Shown here: positions 28,861-39,410 of the stretch, in pieces
Layout: each line of letters opens with the position of its first letter
Numbering within the stretch: position 1 is the first letter of the stretch
Assembly: GCA_038214755.1 (NCBI GenBank)
Contig: JBBQRQ010000003.1
Coordinates: 55,059 to 119,058 of the forward strand
Direction of reading: 5' to 3'
From: Verrucomicrobiota bacterium
Lineage (GTDB): Bacteria; Verrucomicrobiota; Verrucomicrobiia; Limisphaerales; CANJXF01
Length of the DNA stretch: 64,000 nucleotides
The notes under the pieces: model-generated
What the model was told of the DNA's origin: nothing
Database searches by the model: none
The model's input: only the letters and a program-made list of their open reading frames with translations
Program-made: the position numbers and the translations under genes

Positions 28861-30852
28861 TTACGCCACGGCGATCAATCCGATTCTATTTTCATGGTTC
28901 GCGGCAAACTGCTCTTTCACCCGCGCAATCGTATTCGCCACCGTCAACCCATGTTTCTCACGGAGATAATCCACCGACGACGCGTGCTCGATGAAAACAT
29001 CCGGCCAGCCGATGCGCACCACTGGCGTTGCGATTCGTCTGTCCGCGAGCGTTTCCAAAACGATGCTCCCGTAACCGCCCATGAGCGCGTGATCTTCCAA
29101 CGTCACCACCAAATCCGCCGCGCGTGAGAAAAATTCCGTCGCCGCCGCGTCAATTGGTTTTGTGAACCGTGGGTTGATGATGGCGCAATCGTATCCATCC
29201 GCCACGAGTTGTTCTGCCGCTTTTTTGGCGAGCTTGAGCATGTTGCCCAAACCGAACAGCGCGACTTTTTTTCCGTTGTTGTTGGAAAAATTTTGAATGA
29301 CTTCCGCTTTGCCGACTTCGAGAAGTTTCGGTTGCTCTTTCACCGCGACTCCTTCACCCGCGCCGCGCGGATAACGAATAAACGTTGGGTGATTAACGTG
29401 CGTGCAAGTGAACATCATGTCCTGCAACTCGTCCTCGTCCTTCGGCGCCATCGCAATCACGTTCGGCAAACAACGAAGATATGCAATGTCGAAAAGCCCG
29501 TGATGAGTCGGCCCGTCGTTGGCGGAAAGTCCCGCGCGATCCATGCAAAAAATCACCGGCAAATTTTGCAAACAAACATCGTGATGAATACAATCGTAGG
29601 CGCGTTGCAGGAACGTGGAATAAATTGCGCAGACCGGACGGAATCCCATCGTCGCCATTCCCGCCGCGAAAATGACGCCATGTTCTTCGGCAATGCCGAC
29701 ATCGTAATAACGATGCGGCATTGCTTTTTCCAAATGTTTTAAACCCGTTCCCGTGGGCATCGCGGCCGTGATTCCAACCACGGAATTATCTTTTTGGCAG
29801 AGCTTCACCATTGCCTGGCCAAACACATCCTGATAATTTGGCGGTGTTCCTGCCTTGGTCGCAGGGGTCGCGCCGGTCTTCGCATCGTAAGGTCCAAGCC
29901 CGTGAAATTTTTCCGGATGTTGCAGAGCGGCTTCAAAGCCTTTTCCCTTTTTCGTGAGAACGTGAATGACGATCGGCGTATCGCAAGTTTTCGCAAATTC
30001 CAAAACACTGATGAGCAAAGGCAGGTTGTGTCCATCAATCGGGCCGAAATAGCGGATGCCCAACTCCTCGAAAATCAAACTACTGCTCGCGCCGCCGCGT
30101 CCATCGGTGAGTTCTTTATTTGGATTCGGCTGCAAGGCGACATCCGACAAAACACCCTTCAACGCTTCTTCCGCTTTGTGGCCGAGACGGACGGCGAGTT
30201 CGCCTTTCGCGCCCCATTTTTTCAACCAGCGTTCGAAATCACTGTGCAACCGATTATAGCGCGGATTGGTGATGAGCTTGTTTAAATAATTTGAAATCGC
30301 GCCGACATTTTTTGCGATGCTCCACTCATTATCGTTGAGAATGCCGATAAATTTTTTCGTGGTGTGCGCAATGTTGTTCAGCGCCTCAAAAGAAATTCCG
30401 TTCGTCAGCGCGGCGTCGCCAAAAATGCAAACCACATTTTCGTCTGTCCCTTTCTGGTCGCGCGCCGCGCACATGCCGAGCGCGGCGGACAACGACGTTC
30501 CCGCGTGACCCGCGCCGAAGCAGTCGTGTTCGCTCTCGGTGCGGAGCGCGAAACCGTTCAAGCCATTGGTCGTGCGGATGGTGTGAAAACGGTCTTTGCG
30601 TCCGGTCAAAAGTTTGTGGACATAAACCTGGTGGCTCACGTCCCAGACAAACTTGTCGCGCGGCGTGGAAAAAACTTTGTGCAACGCGATGGTCAACTCG
30701 ACCACGCCAAGATTCGGACCGAGATGTCCACCGTTGGCCGCGAGTTTGGTGATGAGTTCGTAACGAACTTCTTCGGCCAGTTCCTGCAGTTGGGGCACTG
30801 TCAATTTTTTGACGTGCGATGGGTGATCGACCATTTCGAGATATCGGCTCAT
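28861..30852 (-). CDS. dxs: 1-deoxy-D-xylulose-5-phosphate synthase
   Basis: GGHLGPNLG, WDVSHQ, GHAGTS, ILNDN, DVGIAEEH, YSTFLQR, DGPTHHG, IRYPRG. Confidence 0.98.
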   Translation of the reverse strand: MSRYLEMVDHPSHVKKLTVPQLQELAEEVRYELITKLAANGGHLGPNLGVVELTIALHKVFSTPRDKFVWDVSHQVYVHKLLTGRKDRFHTIRTTNGLNGFALRTESEHDCFGAGHAGTSLSAALGMCAARDQKGTDENVVCIFGDAALTNGISFEALNNIAHTTKKFIGILNDNEWSIAKNVGAISNYLNKLITNPRYNRLHSDFERWLKKWGAKGELAVRLGHKAEEALKGVLSDVALQPNPNKELTDGRGGASSSLIFEELGIRYFGPIDGHNLPLLISVLEFAKTCDTPIVIHVLTKKGKGFEAALQHPEKFHGLGPYDAKTGATPATKAGTPPNYQDVFGQAMVKLCQKDNSVVGITAAMPTGTGLKHLEKAMPHRYYDVGIAEEHGVIFAAGMATMGFRPVCAIYSTFLQRAYDCIHHDVCLQNLPVIFCMDRAGLSANDGPTHHGLFDIAYLRCLPNVIAMAPKDEDELQDMMFTCTHVNHPTFIRYPRGAGEGVAVKEQPKLLEVGKAEVIQNFSNNNGKKVALFGLGNMLKLAKKAAEQLVADGYDCAIINPRFTKPIDAAATEFFSRAADLVVTLEDHALMGGYGSIVLETLADRRIATPVVRIGWPDVFIEHASSVDYLREKHGLTVANTIARVKEQFAANHENRIGLIAVA

Positions 30853-30891
30853 ATTTTTTTTGATTATGAATTACGGATTCCGCATGACGAC

Positions 30892-30962
30892 GTAGCCGCC
30901 GACGTGAGGAGGCGGAGTTTTGCTTTTCCAGCCCGAATCCGCCTCCTCACGTCGGCGGCTGC
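30892..30962. repeat. GTAG REP doublet (gtagccgccgacgtgaggaggcgga family)
   Basis: Near-perfect inverted pair; also at 33228-33299 and inside the CHAT genes. Confidence 0.85.
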
Positions 30963-30991
30963 CATTTATCATCGGCAAATTTTTTCGACAG

Positions 30992-31267
30992 TCATTCATC
31001 GTTGGAAACTTTTTCAAACTCCACTGGCTTGAGCGTCAGTTCGCCGGAAGAATTTTTTTCCAACTGTTGAATTTTCACTTCTGCTTCGGACAATTTCGTC
31101 TGACAAACCTTGGAGAGGCGAGTGCCTTCTTCAAATTTCGCCAGCAATGTTTCCAGCGGCAAATCCTCGCCTTCCATCGACTCGACGATGGCTTCAAGTT
31201 TTTTCAACGCCTCTTCAAAAGGCATCTCTCCATTGCTGCTAAGTACATTTTTTGCCGGTTTCGACAT
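30992..31267 (-). CDS. xseB: Exodeoxyribonuclease VII small subunit
   Basis: FEEALKKLEAIVESME...LPLE...FEEG...AEVKI; adjacent to dxs. Confidence 0.95.
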   Translation of the reverse strand: MSKPAKNVLSSNGEMPFEEALKKLEAIVESMEGEDLPLETLLAKFEEGTRLSKVCQTKLSEAEVKIQQLEKNSSGELTLKPVEFEKVSNDE

Positions 31268-31323
31268 GGCCGGAACTTAGATGAATCTTTTTCGCGCGTC
31301 CAGTTTGTTGTCAAAACCCCTGC

Positions 31324-32035
31324 GATCGGTTTCGGAACGATTGTTATGACAGCCCAGCCGGGTCCAATTTCTTTCGATCCAACATTTCCACTCCTTTGAT
31401 AGTGTTGAGAACCTTTACCGCCTGCCCTGGCCGGGCAAGAGGGAGGTTGCGGAAGTAAATCGGACGAACTCCAAAGGCGAGAATGATGACTTCTGTATCC
31501 GACTTTAGTTGGCCATTGGATGTTGCGACATTGAACCCTGCTTTTTTGAGAGCGTCGGCTGGTTCAATTGACACCGGCTTGGTTTCGAACGCCGACATGC
31601 CGTGATCCGAGCTAAAAACAATTACCGTCTCTTCGTAGATCCTTTGCTCCTTCAATCCGCGAACCAACCGGCCAATCGCTGCGTCAATTTCCAGCACGGC
31701 GCGTTTGACCTGGTCACTGCGTGGCCCATAACTATGTCCGGCATGATCGGTTACTCCCTAGATCGCCGCTACGAACCGTGCTTTCTTTTTTTTCAATAGG
31801 TCCAGAATGGCGGTGGTAGTTGCTTCGCTGTTATCGTAACCGGCAGTGAGATAGATATCGAACCTCTCTTCTCCAGCATAAAATGATTTACCGCCGCCGT
31901 AGTCCAACCTGCTTTGTGAAGCGTCTCTGCGATGGTTTCGGCTTTATTGTCGCGCGGATATTCCACGATCTTATCCAACTCCTTTACGTACTGAGAATTG
32001 GCGGCAATACGGCAGATGCAATCCTGTGCTACAAG
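31324..32035 (-). pseudogene. Degraded alkaline-phosphatase-superfamily (NPP-like) gene
   Basis: Fragments ETIAETLHKAG, TDHAGHSYGP...EIDAAIG and SSDHGM, separated by stops or frameshifts. Confidence 0.7.
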
Positions 32036-32043
32036 GTGACCTA

Positions 32044-33087
32044 TTATTTTTTTAAAGTCCTATCAAAGAAGTCGCCGATCATTTGGGTCAACTCGTTGCG
32101 ATCCGGTTGTGGCGTTCCACCTTCAGGTTTGAAGCTGTGACCCGCATTCTTAACTACGACAAGCGTCGAATCTACTCCGGCAGTCTTGAGACGTTCGTGC
32201 AGTTTTTCTGATTGGCTCAACGGCACCACACGGTCGCTGTCACCGTGCAAAATTAAAAAGGGCGGGTCATCTTTAGTGATGTAGGCGACCGGGCTGGCGC
32301 GCTTCATCACTTTATCCGCGTTCGACGACGCGCCGAATACCGTTTGGGCAACGCGGGAGTTGCCGCCCGGAAACTCCACCGTTAAATCCGCCGGTCCGAA
32401 CATGTCCACCACCGCCTGCACGCGACTCGATTGTTCCGCCCAACCACCCTTTCCTTCAAGGCCGGCGCTCGCATCGCTGGTGCCAAGCAACGCCACCAGA
32501 TGGCCTCCGGCACTGCCGCCCCAAACACCGATACGGTTTGGATCAAGGTTGTAGTCGTTGGTATGAGCGCGAAGAAATCGAATGGCGCATTTTACATCCT
32601 CAATCTGCGCGGGAAATTTGTGAGCAGGGGCGAGACGGTAATTGACGGAGGCAACCAGGTAACCTCGCTTGACCAACTCACCGATTGCCATAGCACCAGC
32701 ACCCGAACCTTTATCTCCATTTTGCCAGCCGCCGCCATGCACATAGACGGTCACGGGAAGTTTGCCTTCTCTTTTCCTGGGAAAATAAAGGTCGAGCTTC
32801 AACTCGACCTCGTCTGCTTTTCCGTAAGTCACTTCGCGTTCAATTTTGCGGGCATCCACCGCGAGAGCGGCAAGACCAGCGCGTCGATTGGGTCGAGCGG
32901 CCGGTTCTCCTGGGGAATTGGTCGTCGCTCCGTCAATTTCTGATTCAGATTTGCGCGGCGGAAGATTAGTGGAAGAAGCGGATGATTTCTCAGTGGGCTG
33001 CGGTGTTTTGTCTTCGGCAATGGTGGTTGAGCCTGCGAGCAAAAGAGCGCAAGCAAATAAAACGAAGGAGATAGAAATGGCTTTCAT
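32044..33087 (-). CDS. Secreted alpha/beta esterase (HSL/BD-FAE-like)
   Basis: Signal peptide, VHGGGW, NYRLAP, GGSAGGHL, LHGDSD, AGH. Confidence 0.92.
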   Translation of the reverse strand: MKAISISFVLFACALLLAGSTTIAEDKTPQPTEKSSASSTNLPPRKSESEIDGATTNSPGEPAARPNRRAGLAALAVDARKIEREVTYGKADEVELKLDLYFPRKREGKLPVTVYVHGGGWQNGDKGSGAGAMAIGELVKRGYLVASVNYRLAPAHKFPAQIEDVKCAIRFLRAHTNDYNLDPNRIGVWGGSAGGHLVALLGTSDASAGLEGKGGWAEQSSRVQAVVDMFGPADLTVEFPGGNSRVAQTVFGASSNADKVMKRASPVAYITKDDPPFLILHGDSDRVVPLSQSEKLHERLKTAGVDSTLVVVKNAGHSFKPEGGTPQPDRNELTQMIGDFFDRTLKK

Positions 33088-33227
33088 AGGCAGTCGGGTA
33101 AAGAGACGACAACGCGCGCGAAAACGTTACGTAATAAATCCAGCGGACACACACACTGCATCGGACATTTTCTGCATGGCAGGAAATCGATCCCTGCGTT
33201 CGTGAGAGACTACTCTGTCTCATAATT

Positions 33228-33299
33228 GTAGCCGCCGACGTGAGGAGGCGGACTTCGGCGTCTATCAACTGGAATCCGCCTCCCCACGTCGGCGGCTAC
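33228..33299. repeat. GTAG REP doublet
   Basis: gtagccgccgacgtgaggaggcgga...tccgcctccccacgtcggcggctac. Confidence 0.85.
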
Positions 33300-33424
33300 A
33301 GCACTGTCACGAAGACATCGTTATCTCCGCATCCTGAAAAACCTGGCTTGATCTGCGCCTAAGCGTTTGATTGCATCCACAAAAAATTGTCAGCGAAAGG
33401 CGAGCCTGCCGGAATGAAGTTGGA

Positions 33425-34315
33425 CTACGGAGCTTGAAGGTTTCGCGAGCCGTTGGTGTTAACAGTGACTTGAGTATAAAACGGAACCCCTCGTATATCC
33501 CATTTTGTATTCATACGAAACGCTAGTTTAGCGAAAAATTGTCCGTTTCTCGCGGTGAGATAATATGTCCCTTGGTGCTGGGCTCTCCAAGGTTCAATTC
33601 CAGGTCCGTATTCCCATGATAGGGTTTGCTCGTAGCCATTTTCCGGTGCCAGCAACATAAACTCTAACTGATCTTCCGCAGCCGCCACGAGTCCCCCGTG
33701 TGAAACTTGAATGCTCAACTTCCACGGAAATCTCTTTTCTTCGCTGTATGGCTCAGGACAGAAAATTGAAATAACCAAATCTCCGTTTTGATTCACCGAT
33801 TGTCCTGTGGATAAATCAATCTGCACTGGCTCTCCATTATTAGGTGCGCCCCACCACCTGGAAAATTTAAAGAATGAATCCTCAATTTGTTTTTTTGTGA
33901 GTTTAAAAATCACTGGTTCCGAAAAGTTTGGTTGATGAATTGGGTCGCTTCCAACAGGTCCGTATTGAAATCTCTGCGGGGGCGGATTGATGTAGTTCGT
34001 GCTGCCAGTCACCGTCACCATGACCTGCTGGCCCCACGGAATATGCAAGTCAAAACGCCCGTCAACATCAGAGGTCGTCTGGACTATTTCTCGGTGTTGA
34101 GTTTGGGTGGGAGAACTAATCAAGCCATTGGCTTCAACACTGGCACCTGAAACGGTGTTGGATTTTTCATCAATCACGAGTCCATAAAAAACTAATTCTT
34201 CCGTCAACTTAACCTTTGAGGGCTTTCCCACTGGAGATACTTGATACGCCCAAACTAGAACACCGCCAGCGACCAGAAGCAGAAGATTAAAAACCAAAAG
34301 AGTTTTGCGCTTCAT
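33425..34315 (-). CDS. Membrane-anchored partner protein, paralog 3
   Basis: N-terminal TM segment, FYGLVID...SDVDGRF (carboxypeptidase-regulatory-like), IDLSTG, YYLTARNG, VNTNGSRNL. Confidence 0.8.
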   Translation of the reverse strand: MKRKTLLVFNLLLLVAGGVLVWAYQVSPVGKPSKVKLTEELVFYGLVIDEKSNTVSGASVEANGLISSPTQTQHREIVQTTSDVDGRFDLHIPWGQQVMVTVTGSTNYINPPPQRFQYGPVGSDPIHQPNFSEPVIFKLTKKQIEDSFFKFSRWWGAPNNGEPVQIDLSTGQSVNQNGDLVISIFCPEPYSEEKRFPWKLSIQVSHGGLVAAAEDQLEFMLLAPENGYEQTLSWEYGPGIEPWRAQHQGTYYLTARNGQFFAKLAFRMNTKWDIRGVPFYTQVTVNTNGSRNLQAP

Positions 34316-34322
34316 CCCAGTC

Positions 34323-35468
34323 TCAAGGCTCCAAATGCAAATAACGCGAAGCATTCGTGTTAACAACGGCACGAATGCCAAAGGGTACTCCGCGCTCATC
34401 CCAATACGTGTTCATGGTAATCCGCAATTTTGCGTAAATTTGGCCGTTGCGGCTTGTTAAATAATAAAGGCCATCGTGCTGTCGTTTATATTCCGGGGTG
34501 TCAGGTCCGTATTCGACTTGAAAACCGTTTTCGTACGCGGTTGCTGGCGCTTCCAACATATTTTCAATGCGTTGATCGACGGGATGCGCTTGGATGAGTC
34601 CTCCGTTTTCAACACGCACGGATAAAGACCACGGGGTTTTCTTGGAGTTGTCGTAACGTTCAGGACAATTTATCGACACGATCAGATCACCGCCGGTCGC
34701 GACAATTGTTCCGGTCGTTAAATCAAACCGCACCGGCGTTCCTTCATGTGGAAGCCCTTGTCCCATAGAAAAACTAAATAATGATTCAGACGTTTTTTTC
34801 TCGTGGAGAATAAAAGTGACTGGATCGGCAGGGTTGGGAATGTGTTTTGGGGAAGAGGTATCGTTGTTTCCGTAATGAAATACCTGAAAAGGAGCATCGA
34901 TGTATCCGTTTTTTTTGACCTTGATGGTGAGTTGCTGCCCCCAATCTTCTTCCACCGAGAAACTGCCGTCGCTCGCTGATAACAAGTGATTCTTTTTCTG
35001 CTCCGCATTTTTTCCGGGAACCATGACTAGCGTCATCGTTTCGACGGAAGCTCCCGCAATCCCATTACTCATATTATCAAGGACACGACCATAAAAGCTG
35101 AGATGACTTTCCAAAACATCGGTCGGCTTCACTGGTTTGGGGACTTTTGGCTCGGCGAACAGAGTTGCTTCAAGTTGCTCCGCTGAAATTTGCATCGTGG
35201 GCGGAATGAAAGCGCTTTTTTCCACGCCATTTTTCATCACCCGAACAATTCGCCCTGTTGCGGTCAGTTGATCAGAGAGAATTTCAAATCGGTTCGATGC
35301 CGCGGCTTCACTTTGGGCCAATAGGGAATTCGAGGCTATGGCTGGTCGATTATTATTTCCAGAAACAATTGGAATCTGTCCTTCCTTTCTAATACTGTCC
35401 ACCACCCTGAAAACGAAGGGAAAAAGCACCAGTAATAAAACCAACAATAAAATTTTACTTTTTTTCAT
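34323..35468 (-). CDS. Membrane-anchored partner protein, paralog 2
   Basis: N-terminal TM segment, FYGRVLD, FDLTTG, YYLTSRNG, VNTNASRYL. Confidence 0.82.
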   Translation of the reverse strand: MKKSKILLLVLLLVLFPFVFRVVDSIRKEGQIPIVSGNNNRPAIASNSLLAQSEAAASNRFEILSDQLTATGRIVRVMKNGVEKSAFIPPTMQISAEQLEATLFAEPKVPKPVKPTDVLESHLSFYGRVLDNMSNGIAGASVETMTLVMVPGKNAEQKKNHLLSASDGSFSVEEDWGQQLTIKVKKNGYIDAPFQVFHYGNNDTSSPKHIPNPADPVTFILHEKKTSESLFSFSMGQGLPHEGTPVRFDLTTGTIVATGGDLIVSINCPERYDNSKKTPWSLSVRVENGGLIQAHPVDQRIENMLEAPATAYENGFQVEYGPDTPEYKRQHDGLYYLTSRNGQIYAKLRITMNTYWDERGVPFGIRAVVNTNASRYLHLEP

Positions 35469-35472
35469 TTCG

Positions 35473-38226
35473 TTAAGGAGTCAAAAATATTCTGAACCCG
35501 TTTAATCCGATTAACGTTCTCCAATATGTGTTTTGTTGAATAAAATTTGATCGAAACTGACCACTATGCCATTTGTGACGACTGAAAATACCGTTGAGAG
35601 GTTCAGGGTCAGTTGGCCAAATCGTCCATAAATTCAATTTTTCGTCGAGAGCATTTTCGTCGGACAACATGCCCAATGGATACGATCTGGCCTCGGAAGC
35701 GAAAGCCATTGCTTCGTAAGTATCGTTGATTCGAAATTCGAAATCGAGAAAACGATAATTGAAAAACCCTCCATCTGCGGTGATATATCCAGGCCGTTGT
35801 CTAATTCCGGTCAAAACCGGCAACCCGCTACGCGCGGGAGACGGAATTAAAAAATAAGCGGGCGTGGAAGCACTCGCTCCGATGACAGGAACACCGCCGC
35901 CGGAGAAACGGAAATAACTGTAAGTCACGCTTCCCATGATGTCCGGCTTAATTAATTGGTTCATTCCCCAAGCAGGCATGTTCAACGCATAATCGTTCGG
36001 ATTATAAAAGTTCACTCGCCTGGTTGCACTGGCTCTATTTGTGTTGAGCCATCCTTGATAAACGTTCGGCGTATGACTATCCCAATCAATGGGACCATTC
36101 AGTGCAGAAAGAATCCAGCCAAAGCCCGGTATCAATGCCAAGTAGGGCCCAAACTCTTCTTGTTTGGGGTGCTGATATTGAAAAGGCATTTGAAAAACAG
36201 GGTCGCTACCATTTGGCTTATAACAATCCAACGGCACGGCAGCTTGACTTGCCACATACGTATTCACAATTTGTCCGCCATGATATTTTTCAGCATTCAA
36301 CGCCAGCGCTTCACCCGCCACAATGTTTCCCATGCTGTGCGCCATCATAGAAACTTTTCCCGGATAGCGTTGATTCAAGTTCACCAAATGGCTCCGTAAA
36401 CCCTCACCGGATTTCCAGGCGATAAATTCGCTACTGTCATAGTGTGTTGGATCGGTAAAGGGACCGGTTGTGGAAAAAAGTTTGTCATTAAACCCGTATT
36501 TTGTCGGCCAGCGCAGAGAACCAAACCGGTTGGTATAACCTTGCCAGTAAAGCCGTTTGAAAGCCGTCTCGGCAAAGTAGTTTTTTTCCCACAGGGCCAT
36601 GTTCCAACCATGCACGAATACGATGTAATCGCGCCCACTATTTGAAGGATCGGAAAATTGCGTGGCGGATAGTCCCACAGGCAAACCGTCAGTCACAGCC
36701 ACCGCATTAGTGGCTGGCTCGCTCCCGTTCCCGTCACCAATCGTCCAGCGTTCGTAGAGCTCCTTCACATCTCGTAAATCAAGAAAGACGGAAGTCTCGG
36801 CCAGCAAATTTCCGCTTTTGTAAACACTCACAGCTAACTCGCCCGCGCCTCGGCTGGTACCGCAATAAATAAAATAATCGTTTGTCCCGCGATAGGTGTC
36901 ATTCTGTAGAACCGGACTCAAACCCGCTTCCACCCGCCCGACAGCGAGCGGACTGATTCCCGGTGAACCGCTCGGCGGATAAGTGGTTGGCGCAATCTGC
37001 GCATTGGCAACGGTAGAATTGGTCAAGTAACCACGGCCGCCATCGGCATCGCTTCCTTTAAAAACGAAAATCCCTGGACTACCGGACAGAATCGTTTTCC
37101 AACGCATGCTGATCGTGTATCCTTGTCCCGTCGGCAAATCACGACACAGTTCCCGCAAACCGCGAACATGGAGCCGATCGTAATCTTCCAAATCACGCAA
37201 CGTTGGAACACGAAAGTTGCTTTGGGCAAATGCTGCGTCGGTGATATTCGTGGATAAGTCTAACTCCAGTTCGTCCCATAAATCATCCTCCGTATAAACG
37301 GGACGGTCACAATCATTGTTCACCCAGAAAACGTACGGGTTGGAGGAACTGGTCACGTCATTAGTAGTCAGAAGTCCATCGCGGTTTTTATCCACCAACA
37401 TCTGCAAAGCGTAAAAAGGTAATTCACCGTAGAAGCCATTTTCAAGAGGACGGGTCCTGATGATTTGTTTGCCTGCTGCGATAGGAATAAATCCACCTTG
37501 TGGGTTAATCAGACCGGTGCTGGCAGTCGTGTTGGTGTCGATTTTTCCGAGGCCATTCCAGTTGGTCGCGGCGAGCCGGGTTGGATTACCACTGATAGGA
37601 TCACACTTCCAAGCTCCGTCAAAGTATTGCTGCAGGTAGGTGTAAAGGCGCGGGACGGAGTAACCGGGCTGCAACGCGAAACCCGGGCGATATACTCCTT
37701 CCTGAACCCACGCGATCAACAGCTTCGATTCTCCGACTCCTCCCACTAAGCGCGCGCCTTGCGTTTGTCGCTGGGTGTCCTGCGGCCCCACCACCAGCGC
37801 GTCCACTGGAAAATTCGGATAATAACCGAAATGATAGTCCGCGATTCTGAACGAAGGAATTTCCACCTGCTGCGCCAAATCAAAGGTGCGGCTGCTCGAG
37901 TACTCCTCACTGGCAAAAAAACTTTGACCGGGCTGGATGAGATACCCGGCGTAATTACCGGAAACAATTCCATCCACAATAAAAAGGGAAAGGTACTTGA
38001 GGCCAGCCACGTTGTAGTTGGCTGCATCCATGTTGAAATGATATTTCGTCAAATACGGATTTAATGATTGCTCGTGCAATCCGAAATAATCAAAACGAAC
38101 TCCCGTGTTGGCCCGATTAGGATCGGAAAGACTCCAGACCCCGGAATTCCGATAACCGAAAAAATATTCCGAACCGGTGGTCCCGAGGTGCCCGTAATTG
38201 CTGGTGAAGTGATATTCAAAACGCAC
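35473..38226 (-). CDS. Alpha/beta-hydrolase-domain protein, copy 2, lacking signal peptide (possible orphan cassette)
   Basis: VHGWN, AHSMG, RHKWHSGQF. Collinear with 39411-42383 but missing about the first 60 aa. Confidence 0.8.
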   Translation of the reverse strand: MRFEYHFTSNYGHLGTTGSEYFFGYRNSGVWSLSDPNRANTGVRFDYFGLHEQSLNPYLTKYHFNMDAANYNVAGLKYLSLFIVDGIVSGNYAGYLIQPGQSFFASEEYSSSRTFDLAQQVEIPSFRIADYHFGYYPNFPVDALVVGPQDTQRQTQGARLVGGVGESKLLIAWVQEGVYRPGFALQPGYSVPRLYTYLQQYFDGAWKCDPISGNPTRLAATNWNGLGKIDTNTTASTGLINPQGGFIPIAAGKQIIRTRPLENGFYGELPFYALQMLVDKNRDGLLTTNDVTSSSNPYVFWVNNDCDRPVYTEDDLWDELELDLSTNITDAAFAQSNFRVPTLRDLEDYDRLHVRGLRELCRDLPTGQGYTISMRWKTILSGSPGIFVFKGSDADGGRGYLTNSTVANAQIAPTTYPPSGSPGISPLAVGRVEAGLSPVLQNDTYRGTNDYFIYCGTSRGAGELAVSVYKSGNLLAETSVFLDLRDVKELYERWTIGDGNGSEPATNAVAVTDGLPVGLSATQFSDPSNSGRDYIVFVHGWNMALWEKNYFAETAFKRLYWQGYTNRFGSLRWPTKYGFNDKLFSTTGPFTDPTHYDSSEFIAWKSGEGLRSHLVNLNQRYPGKVSMMAHSMGNIVAGEALALNAEKYHGGQIVNTYVASQAAVPLDCYKPNGSDPVFQMPFQYQHPKQEEFGPYLALIPGFGWILSALNGPIDWDSHTPNVYQGWLNTNRASATRRVNFYNPNDYALNMPAWGMNQLIKPDIMGSVTYSYFRFSGGGVPVIGASASTPAYFLIPSPARSGLPVLTGIRQRPGYITADGGFFNYRFLDFEFRINDTYEAMAFASEARSYPLGMLSDENALDEKLNLWTIWPTDPEPLNGIFSRHKWHSGQFRSNFIQQNTYWRTLIGLNGFRIFLTP

Positions 38227-38247
38227 CTTGAAGACACGGCTTAGTCC

Positions 38248-39405
38248 TTAAGGTTCCGTATGCAAATAACGCGAAGCATTAGTATTGACGACGGCGGAAA
38301 TGCTGAAAGGAACACCCCTTTCATCCCATATGGCAGATATGAACACCTTCATTTTGGCATATACTCGTCCATTGCGACTTTGCACATAATACATGCCATC
38401 GTGTTGTAAACGATAAGTCGGCGTGTCAGGTCCGTACTCGATTTGAAAACCTGGCTGGTAGCCTGTTGCCGGAGCTTCTGGAAGATATTCTAAACGCATC
38501 GGAGTTACATTGTTTTCAATCAAGCCTCCATTGACCACTGCAAAGGAGGCCTTCCAAAGAAATTTTTTTAAGTTGGTATAGGGTTCGGAACAAAAAAGGG
38601 AGACAACCAGATCGCCACCGCTTGCGGTCACATCCCCTGTGGTTAAATCGATTCGAAGAGGTTCCCCCGTAACCGCAGCGCGATAGACGCGGGTAAAACT
38701 GAACAACTGTTCCGCTTCCTTCTTTTTATATAGAACAAAAACGACTGGATCGTTGGCATCAGGTTGATGTAGGGAATCGCTTCCTACCGGACCGTATTGA
38801 AATGATTGCACTTGAGGACTGATGTAGTTGGTTTTGCCTGTTTGAATCACAATTTGCTGTCCCCACGGAATATTAAATGAGAACCGGCCATCATTTGCAG
38901 AAATCGTTTCAAACGTTTTGTGCATAGTAGATAGAGCGGGATTCACCACCAAGACATTCGCTTCGACTTTTACGCCCGATAAAACATTGCTCTCTCCGTC
39001 CACCGCCAGTCCGTAAAACACGAGGTCATGCGTCAGTATCTTATTTGGATCGCTTCTGCCGGGCCGGTGAGGTTCGGAAAATGCCAGCGCTTCCAATACC
39101 TCTGGTGAAACGATCAATCCTGGTTGTAATGCTACCTGCGCCCGACGGCCGTCCTTTTCCACAGTCACCACCCGACCCGTTGAGTTGGTGATGTCTGAAA
39201 TAATTCGGAGATGATTTGAGGAGTTTGGCAGTCCAGTATCCCCTAGGTGAGAGGGATCAGGAGATTCAGAATACTTGCTCGTTCTAGTTTTTTCGGACGT
39301 GCCAGTTACCGTTTCTTTGAGCGACGATAATGGTTTCCAAGTTAAGACGCCCAAGCCGACAAAAAAAAGAATAATTAAAACCAAAATAATTTTTCGGCGC
39401 TTCAT
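38248..39405 (-). CDS. Membrane-anchored partner protein, paralog 1
   Basis: MKRRKIILVLIILFF TM segment, FYGLAVD, IDLTTG, YYVQSRNG, VNTNASRYL. Confidence 0.82.
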   Translation of the reverse strand: MKRRKIILVLIILFFVGLGVLTWKPLSSLKETVTGTSEKTRTSKYSESPDPSHLGDTGLPNSSNHLRIISDITNSTGRVVTVEKDGRRAQVALQPGLIVSPEVLEALAFSEPHRPGRSDPNKILTHDLVFYGLAVDGESNVLSGVKVEANVLVVNPALSTMHKTFETISANDGRFSFNIPWGQQIVIQTGKTNYISPQVQSFQYGPVGSDSLHQPDANDPVVFVLYKKKEAEQLFSFTRVYRAAVTGEPLRIDLTTGDVTASGGDLVVSLFCSEPYTNLKKFLWKASFAVVNGGLIENNVTPMRLEYLPEAPATGYQPGFQIEYGPDTPTYRLQHDGMYYVQSRNGRVYAKMKVFISAIWDERGVPFSISAVVNTNASRYLHTEP

Positions 39406-39410
39406 AAGTT